Assembly (NCBI RefSeq): GCF_018336915.1
Contig: NZ_CP064927.1
Location: 90,001 to 122,000 of the forward strand
Length of the DNA: 32,000 nt
Direction of reading: 5' to 3'
Source: Acaryochloris marina S15
Lineage (GTDB): Bacteria; Cyanobacteriota; Cyanobacteriia; Thermosynechococcales; Thermosynechococcaceae
Shown: in pieces, positions 7,976-18,111 of the stretch
Layout: every line of letters begins with the position of its first letter
Numbering within the stretch: position 1 is the stretch's first letter
Made by a program: the position numbers and the translations under genes
Notes under the pieces: generated by a model
Told to the model about the DNA's origin: nothing
Databases searched by the model: none
Seen by the model: only the letters and a program-made list of their open reading frames with translations

Positions 7976-9951
7976 AGTTATGTACCTCTAGAAAATGATA
8001 GCGAAACTAGTTTTATCTGAAATAAATCTAGCTTCTAAAACAGTTGATATCGAAAATATTTTAATTTGATGAACACTTGTAATCTGCTTTTTTGTTTATA
8101 TCTCTACTAATAGTATCAAAACAAAATTATTGCAAGCATTATGTAAATATATTAATTTTAATAATCCAAGAAGTAAATAATTCATTTTCTATTTTTGGTC
8201 AACTATCAAATTTATTTATTTAATAAAATGCACTAAAAAATTAATAAGAATATCAAGTTATCCTGAACATGATAAGTTCCTTATTCTTAAGAGATAATAT
8301 GGTTATAAGTTGACTTTATAGACCATATCTCTAGTAGATATTTTGCATGTCTGCTTAATTTAAATTTGAATCATAATAGAATATTTTGAATCTAAACTAC
8401 AAGGATTAGAGTTTTCTGAATCTTTGTCTCAATCTACCAAAACTTAAGATTTTTCACAGCTAAAATTTTCTTAATCAAATCTATTAATACTCCAAAGAAG
8501 CATAAATACTTCGTACCATAGCGATATTTAGTTCTCTTGATAGGTGATAACAACTTCGGTACATAAATTTATCATCTACTAAGTTTTCTCATGATTTATT
8601 GATTCATATTTTCAATATCTAATCAAGTTCTCTAGAAGATATTGCCTTGTGGTATTTTTTTTCAGAAAAGATGAAATTCTCGTGGATTTTATCGTGGAGA
8701 GCAATCTGAACTCGCAGTCTTTCCTTAAGTAAGATGTTCTTGGTATTGAGCATCTTGAATTCTGTTCTTCAGTCGCTCGAATTTCTTAGCTCACAAAGTC
8801 ATAGGCACGCATATTCAAGGAAATGCTAGCTAAACTAATTGTTGATACCCACGAACCAATCACCAGAACAAATAGCATAAAAAAGTGCAGTCACCTCTTA
8901 TTTTAGAAAGCAATTTCAAGAAATATGTGACTAGGGATGTTGGTAGCAAAGGAACAATAATTTACGCTTAGAATCTAATCTAAATCTTCTGTTTCCATTA
9001 AATCTTTTTGGTAGAAGAAGTCTGAAACTCTTGCTATTCTATTCTTTTTTGTAGCAGTTAATCTTAAGTCTAATCAGTACAGTTGTTGAAGTGAAAAAGA
9101 TGGCTTCTGTAACCTATTATATATCGAGCTTTTAGGCTTAGTATACGTTACTGCTCTATTGCTACTCAACTCCTAAATCATTTTCCAATAGAGAAAAATA
9201 TATAAGGGAATAAAAGTAGAGCTGACAAACTAATGAAAACAAAGCGATCGCATTTCAGCCAATCGTCGAAGATATCGAACTAGATCTTCTCTTGGGAATG
9301 TCCAAGTGCAATTTTCATAGTAAATCTCCATATGAATTCAAAACTACATATAAACTATGAGAATTTTTAAGTTCCTCTGTGGTCTTTATTCTGCTAGTTG
9401 AGTGTTTTCTTGAATTCATCCAAACAAAAGCGAATTATCAAAGGTTTAGTTATTTTCAGTAACAACTGTATTAGCTCAAAAAATAAGCTTTACTGCAAGA
9501 ACTAGAATGCTTAAAAACTAACCTCAGAAAAGTTCTAATTTATCTAACTAATTAGACAATGATTCATTCATAACAAGTGAGAAAAGTATGTTCTTTTGAT
9601 AGCAGCACCCTTAGACTTGACAGTAACTTTAGTTCGGCAAAACTCGTTTTTTTAGCACTGAGAAGGCTTGCTTTTTTAACTTAGAGCAATGATGAAAAAT
9701 TTAATACTGTGAGCGAGATTTAGTAAATATCAGCCTCCGATTTTATGCAAGATATAACTGCTCAACAATGTGGGCAAAATAGGTTGCTGTTGCCAAAGTC
9801 AACTTGTCTTCATAATGTATTTGAATAACAATGACAGTTAGCTATAAATACATTAAGGATGCTTATTAGACTAACTCTCATTCACTATGTATTTCTGCCA
9901 TCATAGGTTTAAATATTGAGGAACTCGTGATGAGTGGTGGAACTCTGTTAG

Positions 9952-11263
9952 CTGACTGCCTGACAGATCTTCGCCTTCCCCTGCTCATAAAGCCTTGCAC
10001 TGTAAAGAGCGGATGCGAGAGAACCAGATTTTGTTGTAGTGTTTCTTTTGAGCTTTTTTAGACGCAAAACACGGTTGTGGATCATGGCAGAGCAAGGGGA
10101 CTGGCATCAACAACTCCCGTCCTTTATGGACGACTCCCTTGAGCCATCGCAATCCAATTTTGAGATAACTAATGCCTCGTCGCCAATGTGGGTCAACCTG
10201 TTGGCGCAGCCCTTTAATGTGAACAGCCATCCCATGAGTCGTGCTGAATAGCAGTGCCACAGCAGCAACCAGATAAAGTCTCTCCAATCCATCAGCACAA
10301 CGAATTTTCGACTCTTCTAGCTCAAACACTCCAGACTTACTATCGAGAAATAATTCTTCGACCCGAAACCTCAAAGCGTATTGCCACAAGGTCTGTAGCG
10401 TGGGTGATTCATCTGTAATCACCGCCCATGGTTCTTTCACTCCTCGGATATTAGCCAACACCAGATTGCACCGATAGATGCCATCTTCCCAAAGCCCTAC
10501 ATTGCGGTAGAGGACTGCTGCTCCTTTGGATGGCCACAATTGTCGGACTTCTCTTGGACATTGACGTGGACCATGGAGAAGGACATCACAAGGGACACGC
10601 AGACAGTAATGCCAATGGCTCTGTTGTAACCAGCTCATCAGTTGATGGTTCGCAAACCCACGATCTGCTAACACCATGACATCTGGATGCTGCCGCAATA
10701 ACCAACGGGCCTGGCGCAATAGCGGTTGATATTCCTCAAAAGCGACAGCTGCACTCTTGTGCTCTAATACTTTCCACAACAACGGTACTGCTCTGCCACA
10801 GCAGACGACGGATAGATGAATCATGCAATATTCATTCCATAACACCGTTGTATCCATTGCCAGGTATAGACGATGAGAGTGCCAGTTCTTAAGGGCTAGC
10901 AGGACTAGAGGTACATATAGCTTGTTAATATCAATGCGTTGATTGGCTATAAATCGTTGCCACCGACGCTCGACACTTTGGGCTTTTCTGGCTCGGCAGG
11001 GAACATAGGATTCCCAGGCAGATAAGCTTAAGCGTTCACTACAGATTAACGCGCTTACCATCCAGCCCAGAGCAATGAGATGGCGCAAATCTCGATAATG
11101 GCTGTGTTGACGTAAAAAGGAAAACAGTTGACGATAAATTTGGGTGGGGCCTGACATTTGAATAACGCTGATTTGTGATTAAATCTAGCCTCACATGTCT
11201 CTCCACTCTTTTCTCATAAACTATGTAAATAAAGGCTTTGACCTACTTCTGTCAGGCAATCAG
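9952..11263 (-). mobile_element. IS4-family insertion sequence, 1312 bp, with intact target-site duplication
   Basis: Terminal IRs are CTGACTGCCTGACAGA (9952-9967) and TCTGTCAGGCAATCAG (11248-11263), matching at 15 of 16 positions. They are flanked by a perfect 9-bp direct repeat CTCTGTTAG at 9943-9951 and 11264-11272. The element contains one 390-aa transposase ORF. Confidence 0.85.
9985..11157 (-). CDS. IS4-family DDE transposase
   Basis: 390 aa. It carries DDE-type motifs (LAMDTT, VLADRGF) and the Y-x2-R-x3-E-x6-K signature typical of IS4-family enzymes (YALRFRVEELFLDSKSG). Confidence 0.9.
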   Translation of the reverse strand: MSGPTQIYRQLFSFLRQHSHYRDLRHLIALGWMVSALICSERLSLSAWESYVPCRARKAQSVERRWQRFIANQRIDINKLYVPLVLLALKNWHSHRLYLAMDTTVLWNEYCMIHLSVVCCGRAVPLLWKVLEHKSAAVAFEEYQPLLRQARWLLRQHPDVMVLADRGFANHQLMSWLQQSHWHYCLRVPCDVLLHGPRQCPREVRQLWPSKGAAVLYRNVGLWEDGIYRCNLVLANIRGVKEPWAVITDESPTLQTLWQYALRFRVEELFLDSKSGVFELEESKIRCADGLERLYLVAAVALLFSTTHGMAVHIKGLRQQVDPHWRRGISYLKIGLRWLKGVVHKGRELLMPVPLLCHDPQPCFASKKAQKKHYNKIWFSRIRSLQCKAL

Positions 11264-11331
11264 CTCTGTTAGTTTTATAAAGGTATGGAGACGATTTCTA
11301 AAATTGAGCAACATGATATATTAAATCTCTC

Positions 11332-12081
11332 CTAAATAAGCGTTGTAGCATAGCGTTCCCAAAGTCTCTTGGGTTCTTGAATTAATCGAAAAAACCATTC
11401 AAGACCTATTTGCCTTATCCATCTCGGTGCCCGACGATGTAATCCGGCATAGACTGGAAAAGCCCCCCCTAATCCAATCATTACAGCTTCAATCTGATTT
11501 TTGTGGGCTGCCATCCAGTATTCTTGCTTAGGACAGCCCAGAGCAATCATCACCAATCCTGCTTCACTCGCATTTATCCGCTGAATCAAGGCCTGATCTT
11601 CTTCTGGAGTTAAAGGTTGAAAATGTAAAGGTTCCATTGCAGCAATGACTAAATCAGGAAACTCTTTCTCCAATCGAATTCTCATATTCTGGAGAATTGC
11701 AGATATCGAACCTAAGAAAAATACACTAATATTCTCCTCAGAAGCCTTCTGACAAAGGGTATACATCAGATCTAAGCCGGCTACACTATCTTGAGATTTT
11801 ACTCCTATTAACTTCAGCATCAACGCCAGTAGCATTCCGTCTGGTGTCACCACATCTGCATTCTGCAACACTTCACAAAAGCTAGGTTTTTGATAGGCTT
11901 CCACCAGCATGTGGGTATTAGCAACACAGACAACCTTACTTTTACGTTCTCTAGACCAGCCTAAGATGACATTGATTAGGGCATCAAGCGGCGCAGCCGT
12001 GATTTGAGAACCAATAATATTCAAGCGAGGAGATTCATTTGCAACGGTGAATAACCTTAGAATAGATTTTCTAGTTAGCAT
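11332..12081 (-). CDS. WecB/TagA/CpsF-family glycosyltransferase (N-acetylmannosaminyl-type transferase family)
   Basis: 249 aa. Family-typical segments are VTPDGM, FFLGS, GCPKQEYW, GLGGAF and the C-terminal GLEWFFRLIQEPKRLWERY. Confidence 0.85.
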   Translation of the reverse strand: MLTRKSILRLFTVANESPRLNIIGSQITAAPLDALINVILGWSRERKSKVVCVANTHMLVEAYQKPSFCEVLQNADVVTPDGMLLALMLKLIGVKSQDSVAGLDLMYTLCQKASEENISVFFLGSISAILQNMRIRLEKEFPDLVIAAMEPLHFQPLTPEEDQALIQRINASEAGLVMIALGCPKQEYWMAAHKNQIEAVMIGLGGAFPVYAGLHRRAPRWIRQIGLEWFFRLIQEPKRLWERYATTLI

Positions 12082-12502
12082 TTGTATCGACTCCAGCCAT
12101 ACATAACTTGATAGCTTTCAAATGAGTTGATCACAAGATTTACCTTTAAATAAATAGGAATAAATTTGATTCAGAATTAACTTAAAGATACTTGTCCAGC
12201 CAGCAAAATAAGCTTTTTTATAAAATAGTGATTTAGCCAAAAAGTGTCTAGTAAGTCATGCTATTGAATCATTAAGGCATTGTTGTGTTGAGGCGTGATA
12301 GGAACTTCAAACCTAAACCTTGAAATTTTTTTAAGTATTTATGCTTAAAAATAGCTGGAGCATTCCAGTAAAGAGTCTCACAGATTTATCACTCCTTAAG
12401 AGAATAGTGCCAATCAATGATGATAAGTATTAAGAGCTAAATTAGTGATTTTAGTGTTACTAGTTATCGTTAAATTATAGACCTCAACGTCTTTTAAGTA
12501 AG

Positions 12503-12529
12503 TTGAGAGGCTTTTATTAAGCCTCTCAA
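12503..12529 (-). terminator. candidate stem-loop downstream of the RNA-binding protein gene
   Basis: A perfect 11-bp stem TTGAGAGGCTT / AAGCCTCTCAA has a 5-nt loop and lies about 90 nt after the rbp stop. No T-run follows on either strand, so terminator function is uncertain. Confidence 0.35.
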
Positions 12530-12615
12530 TACTCAACTCTACCTACTGAGCATTTCACAATTTTGCTAAGTTAATACTCGAAGTGTTACCAAGTAGACAT
12601 ACTGCCACGATTCGT

Positions 12616-12867
12616 CTAACGAGTTCCCTTGGGTTTTGCTTTATTCACTTTGAGATTACGTTTCATCACCTCGGTTCCATCCAGCGCTGTAATGGCAGCC
12701 TCTTCCTCGCTATTAGCTTTCATTTCCACAAAAGCGAAACCTCTGGGACGACTTGTTTCACGGTCTGTGGGAATATTGACCCTTGTTACCGTTCCATATT
12801 CTGAAAAGACAGTATTGACGTCTGCTTCAGTCATGTTAAAGGATAGGTTGCCCACATAAATTGACAT
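12616..12867 (-). CDS. RRM-type RNA-binding protein (short cyanobacterial Rbp type, no Gly-rich tail)
   Basis: RNP2 is IYVGNL and RNP1 is RGFAFVEM. The ORF track starts at a TTG at 12882. The ATG at 12867 (MSIYVGNLSF...) gives the canonical N-terminus of 83 aa. Confidence 0.9.
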   Translation of the reverse strand: MSIYVGNLSFNMTEADVNTVFSEYGTVTRVNIPTDRETSRPRGFAFVEMKANSEEEAAITALDGTEVMKRNLKVNKAKPKGTR

Positions 12868-13337
12868 AATTAATTTTCCCAAGATAAAAAGTGATTTTGT
12901 AAAGCATTGCTATATCTAGTCTTGAAGAATTTTACTCGTTCATCATTACTCACCTATCTAGGATGTTGAACTATGGTTAATTTCTTCTTCTGAAGATATA
13001 ACTAAGTTGTGAGGAAATTGTGAGAATCAGTAGCTAATTTATCTATCTCTTAGGAAGGAGATCTTAGTTGAATGAACTTGTATCTAACCAGCCTTAATGC
13101 TCTGTATTGTGAATATTTCGTTCAAAACACTTTAATACATTAGCAAGGCTATACAATCCTTATTAAAAGATGCAAAGGAGTATCTACTGAAATCTATGAG
13201 GATTAATCAATAAACTCTTCGATCGTATTTATATACTTGGCTCTTAGATACACTCGAAAAATCTAATTTCTAACTTGAACTTCTTTCTAAGGCTTATATC
13301 TGCTTTCATTAAGATGTCCACTTAGCTATTCATAGTT

Positions 13338-16300
13338 ATGCGGCAAGTCTCAGCATTTGCGTTAGATCAGGCGCTCGATCTCCTTTCACTTAGTGTTGCG
13401 CCACATACGCCTTTGCCTGAAGCGATTTGCCAAATGGGTCAGACCTCGATTTGTGGTCATCTCCCTGCAACAGAGGAGGCAGAGCTTCAGCATCCATTAT
13501 TGGCTGAGCAGCATACTAGTTGTGTTCTCGTGTTGGACGATTCTCAGCTAGTCGGCATCCTGACTCAGCGGGATATCGTCAGATTGATCGCAGAACATCA
13601 ATCTCTAGCTGAACTAGCCGTTGAGGATGTTATGTCTCAGCCAGTCATCACCTTGAAAGCAGAGGACAACCTGGATATCTTCTCGGTGTTAAATCTGATG
13701 CGCCATCATCAAATTCGCCATTTACCCATGGTGGATAATCAGGGGGAGATTCTAGGAGTACTGACACCGAGACGACTACGTAGTCTTCTAGAACCTGCTG
13801 ATTTGATGAAAATGCGTCAAGTTCATGAAGTCATGACCTCGACTGTTATTCACGCTGTATCCACAGATCCTGTGCAGCAAATTATCCAGATGATGGTGGA
13901 GCATCAAGCCAGTTGTTTGGTGATTGTTGAAACCATCGCAGGACCGACTAAACCTCTCTGCCCATTGGGATTCTTACTGAGCGAGATATTATCAAGTGCC
14001 AGCAACAGGAGCTGAATTTGGAGCGTACTCAAGCCCAGGATGTGATGAGTACCCCCTCTTTCTTGTGAGCCGGAAGACTCACTGTGGACGGCACATATAC
14101 GGATGGAGCACCATAAGGTACGACATCTCGTTGTGGCCGATCTTCAAGGGGAATTAAAGGGGATTGTTACACAGAGCCACCTCCTGCCGAGGGATCAAGA
14201 GGAGATTAGTGAGGTGCTGGAACTGCTGCAGCAACAGGTTCAAGATTTGCAAACAGAGTATGCCAAACTGCAGCAAAAGCGAACAGATGATTTAGTCCGG
14301 GAAGCCAATGTCCAAAAGGGCGTTAGAAAGCATCTTGACTCAAAACTTCGGGATGCCAATCAGCGCTTGACCTTTCACGTAGATAACTCTCCCCTTGCTG
14401 TCGTTGAGTGGGATTCTCAATTCCGAGTGCAGCGCTGGTCACAGCAGTCAGAGAATATCTTTGGTTGGAGTGCCTCAGAAGTCTTGGGTAAACACTGGAC
14501 GGACTGGCATTTTGTGCTTGAAGCGGACTTAGAGGCGGTCATGGAAGTCACGGGTGAGCTATTGACAGGTCATGCGCCACGAAATATTAGCCAGAGCCGT
14601 AACTATACCAAAGAGGGCTTGGTCATTGATTGTGAATGGTATCACTCTGCTCTCCTAGACGACTCAGATAATCTCATCAGTATTTTATCGCTCGCTCAAG
14701 ATGTGACTACTCGCAAGCAGCTGAAGAAAGCACAGCAGGTTAGCAAAGAACGCTTGCAGTTAGCACTTGAAGGCTCTGGGGATGGGCTGTGGGATTGGGA
14801 TATCACCTCAGATGAGGTTTATTTAAGTCCCCAATGGTTAGCAATGCTGGGTTATGAAGTGAATGAACTCCCCGGACATGTCAGCACCTGGGAGAACCTG
14901 ATCCATCCAAAAGATAAACCTTGGGTGATGGAACTTTTGGAGGCGCACCTTCAGGATGGAGAGGTTCCTTATACCTTTGACTATCGAATGCGGACCCAGT
15001 CAGGCGAATGGAAATGGATTGCCAATTATGGCAAAGTCGTGGTCCGCGATCCCGATGGCACACCACTAAGGATGTCAGGAACCCACAAAGATATTAGCGA
15101 GCGCAAAAAAATCGAGGAGACTTTATGGGAAAGTGAAGAACGTTATGCTTTGGCTGTCAGAGGGTCTCAAGATGGTTTGTGGGATTGGGATATCCACACA
15201 AACGCCGTCTACTTATCCCCTCGGTTCAAGGAAATCATGGGATATCAGGATCATGAGTTGGCTAGCGAGTTTAAAGCCTGGGAGTCACAGATACATCCAG
15301 AAGACCACGATCTGGTTCTAGCCAAGATTGAGGACCATCTTAAGTCTCATCTTCCTTACGATATTGAGTACCGTTTACGTACCAAACAAGGCGACTATCT
15401 CTGGGTTCATGCCCGAGGTCAAGCCATTTGGAACAAAGATGGAGTTCCTCTGCGCATGGCAGGATCCATCAGCGATATCAGCGAGCGCAAGCACACTGAA
15501 GTTGCTTTGCGGCGACAGGCATTAATCTTCCAGAGCATTAAGGATGGTGTGATTCTAACTGATTCAGCAGGTTGCATCATTGATTGGAATCCGGCAGCAG
15601 AAACGATATTCGGCTATACCAAAGCCGAGGTATTAGGCCAGACACCAGATATACTCCATCAACCTGGAGAATCTGTAACTCTAACTCAACAAATTATTGA
15701 TGACATGAAACGTGAGGGGCAGTGGTCGGGTGAGATCGCCTTTGTTCGCAAAAATGGCACAATAGGCTTGTGCGAAACGGTTGTTGTCCCCCTCTTGGAT
15801 CAGAACGGTCAGTTCGTGGCAACCATCGGACTCAACCATGACATCACTGAACGACAGAAGGCAGAAAAGCAAATTCATGAGCAGGCTGCTCTGCTGAATA
15901 TCACTACAGATGCGACGATGGTCCGCAGTTTAGATCACAAAATCTTATTCTGGAATCAAGGGGCTGAAAGACTCTATGGATGGCAGGCAAAAGACGTCTT
16001 AGGGCGAAATGTCAATGACCTTTTGTACCCGGAATCTTTGACACAGCTTGAGGACATTCAGAATGCACTACGTGAGAACGGTACATGGCAGGGAGAGTTG
16101 CAGCAAGTAACCCATAGTGGCCAGGAGATAGTTGTGGATAGTCGCTGGACCTTAATGCAAGATGACAATAGACAGCCATCCTCAATCCTGGTTGTGAACA
16201 CCGATATTACTGAGAAAAAACAATTGGAAGCGCAATATCTGCGTGCTCAGCGACTAGAGAGCATTGGCACTCTTGCTGGAGGTATTGCCCACGACCTTAA

Positions 16301-17375
16301 CAATATTTTGACTCCAATTGTCGGTATTGCTGGACTGTTGCCGCTCAAAATCCCCCATCTTGATGAACAGAGCCAGCATCTCATTGAGATGATGCAGATC
16401 AGTGCCCATCGAGGAGCTGATTTAGTCCAGCAAGTCTTGTCCTTCTCGCGTGGAATCGAAAATAAACGCATAACATTGCAAGTCGGGCATCTGCTCTCAG
16501 AAGTCAAAGACTTTGCCGAAAAAACCTTTCCTAAGAACATCAAGCTGCACATCAATCTCCCTAGTGACCTAGGCATGGTCAGCGGTGATGCGACTCAATT
16601 ACATCAGATGCTTATGAATCTCTGCGTCAATGCCCATGATTCTATGCCTCATGGAGGAACCCTAAGCTTCTCTGCTGAAAACTTTCTCATTGATGAGAAC
16701 TACGCCCAAATGCTTCTAGAGGCCCAGGTCGGTCCTTATATAATTCTCTCAGTTGCAGATACTGGTGTTGGCATGGCAGCAGAAACATTGGAACGCATTT
16801 TCGATCCCTTTTTCACGACGAAAGAGGTGGGCTCAGGCACGGGACTGGGACTATCTACGCTTATGGGTATTGTCAAGAGCCATGGAGGGTTTGTAAAGGT
16901 AGATAGCCAGTTGGGGAGTGGGACTCAATTTTCGGTGTATTTGCCCGTAGTAGAGGACAATAACACCGCTCAAACGGAAGCTCTTGAGCACGTCAATGGC
17001 CTGGGAGAATTGATTTTGGTTGTAGATGACGAAGCCCCGATTCGTGAAATTGCGAAGGCGACATTGGAAGCCTACAACTATAAGGTGATTACAGCTCAAA
17101 CTGGCATTGAGGCGATTGCTCAATACGTCCAGCATCAAGATGATATCGATGCAGTCTTGATGGATATGATGATGCCTGAGATGGATGGTACCACTGCAAT
17201 TCAGACACTGAAAGCTTTGGACCCACAGGTCAAGATTATTGTTGCTACTGGCTTAGTGAGTAAGGAACAAAACCCTACTGATATTGATCTAAAAAGTGAT
17301 GCCTTGCTATCAAAGCCCTATACGGCTGAGACATTGTTGAACACTTTGAAAGGGGTGTTTAATCACACTCCATGA
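13338..17375 (+). pseudogene. CBS-PAS/PAC hybrid sensor histidine kinase with C-terminal receiver, reading frame disrupted
   Basis: ORFs 13338-14015 and 14103-17375 are in the same frame. Between them the CBS-domain sequence continues in another frame (GILTERDIIKCQQQELNLERTQAQDVMSTP, open 13952-14065). Domains: CBS pairs; repeated PAS/PAC (GLWDWD..., HKDISERK, DISERK, DITERQ, DITEKK); H-box GGIAHDLNNILTPI; N/G boxes (NLCVNAHDSM, DTGVGM, GSGTGLGLS); receiver (LVVDDEAPIRE, VLMDMMMPEMDG, LSKPY). Confidence 0.8.
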
Positions 17376-17396
17376 CAATGCATTCCCCTACAGCTT

Positions 17397-17786
17397 TCAG
17401 TCAGCCCAATCCAAAGCGGCTGAGATTTGATGGGCTAGTGTCAAAACATCAAACGGTTTTGTAATGATTGCCTGAACACCTAAACCAGCATATTGGTGTT
17501 GTTTAGCGAGGTCGGGTCTCCCAGTGAGAAAAACAATAGGAATATTTTGGGTGGTGGGGATTTTTTTCAGCTCAAGTAAGGTCTCCATGCCCGTCATTAA
17601 GGGCATTTTCAGGTCTAGGAGAATCGCATCAGGCGGTTGAGCTATCGCCATAGTTAGCCCTTCAGAACCACTTAGAGCACCCAAGACTTGCCAACCCGCT
17701 GTCGTTTCTAGAGCAACTCGGATGACATATACTGTACAAACATCATCATCAATGCAAAGTAGCGTCTTGGGTTGGATGATAGACAT
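17397..17786 (-). CDS. single-domain response regulator (CheY-like receiver)
   Basis: 129 aa. Motifs are the acidic pocket CIDDD, phospho-acceptor context ILLDLKMPLMTG, conserved T (FLTG) and K (ITKPF). It is convergent with the hybrid kinase. Confidence 0.9.
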   Translation of the reverse strand: MSIIQPKTLLCIDDDVCTVYVIRVALETTAGWQVLGALSGSEGLTMAIAQPPDAILLDLKMPLMTGMETLLELKKIPTTQNIPIVFLTGRPDLAKQHQYAGLGVQAIITKPFDVLTLAHQISAALDWAD

Positions 17787-17806
17787 GGATTCAGTTCGTC
17801 TTGCAT

Positions 17807-17855
17807 CAATATACAGAGCAGTTGTCTGCTAGCGAAACATCTGCTCTGTATATTG
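17807..17855. promoter_or_regulatory. 15-bp perfect inverted repeat upstream of the receiver gene
   Basis: CAATATACAGAGCAG (17807-17821) and CTGCTCTGTATATTG (17841-17855) are separated by 19 nt, and the near arm begins 21 nt upstream of the receiver start codon at 17786. It is a candidate operator or 5'-UTR hairpin. Function is not shown. Confidence 0.3.
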
Positions 17856-18111
17856 GTAAACTCACCATACAGATGCATTCAGTGTTTTAGTCAATTTCGG
17901 TGATAACAACTCTAACCAAAAGTGATGTGGAACTTGTGAGCCACCAAATATTTGATCAATATTAGGTCGAGATCTCCGATCCACCAGTGAACATTGCCAT
18001 CACAGCTCAAGCGCTGGTAATGCTCTAGCAAAGTGTGGGATTGGTAATCCGTCCCTATAGCTTTATCTAGGTTTTCTCTATGCCATGTCTGTTATGTGGT
18101 CATCCCTGGTG

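Larger units (their letters stand above)
7053..7982. repeat. tandem triplication, 351-bp unit (gene plus 129-bp spacer), about 2.65 copies
   Basis: Units start at 7053, 7404 and 7755, with stops at 7052, 7403 and 7754. Copies C and B look identical by eye, including the whole intergenic spacer, except for 2 substitutions near the stop and the 20-nt patch 7083-7102 versus 7434-7453. Copy A diverges in the leader and N-terminal core region. Confidence 0.9.

Noticed and set aside
7053-7982. Regularly spaced repeats that could be mistaken for a CRISPR-like array
   Set aside because: The period is 351 bp, and each unit is a complete protein-coding gene plus its spacer. There are no short repeat / unique spacer alternations and no cas genes.
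7976-9942. Replication origin or hidden extra GG-leader genes in the AT-rich tract
   Set aside because: I found no DnaA-box-like clusters (TTATCCACA / TTTTCCACA types) or iterons. The only IGG-encoding stretch (about 9735-9760, minus) is followed at once by a stop and lacks a leader-like acidic context.
9928-10070. Short plus-strand ORF (MSGGTLLADCL...) reading from the flank into the IS4 element
   Set aside because: It crosses the IS boundary and inverted repeat, has no RBS, and is antisense to the 3' end of the transposase gene. It is a chance ORF.
14881-17138. Small antisense or alternative-frame ORFs within the histidine kinase gene (for example 14881-15066, 15133-15525, 15681-15878, 16247-16576, 16851-17138)
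   Set aside because: They are shadow ORFs of a 1090-aa domain-rich reading frame, and none has a motif or RBS.
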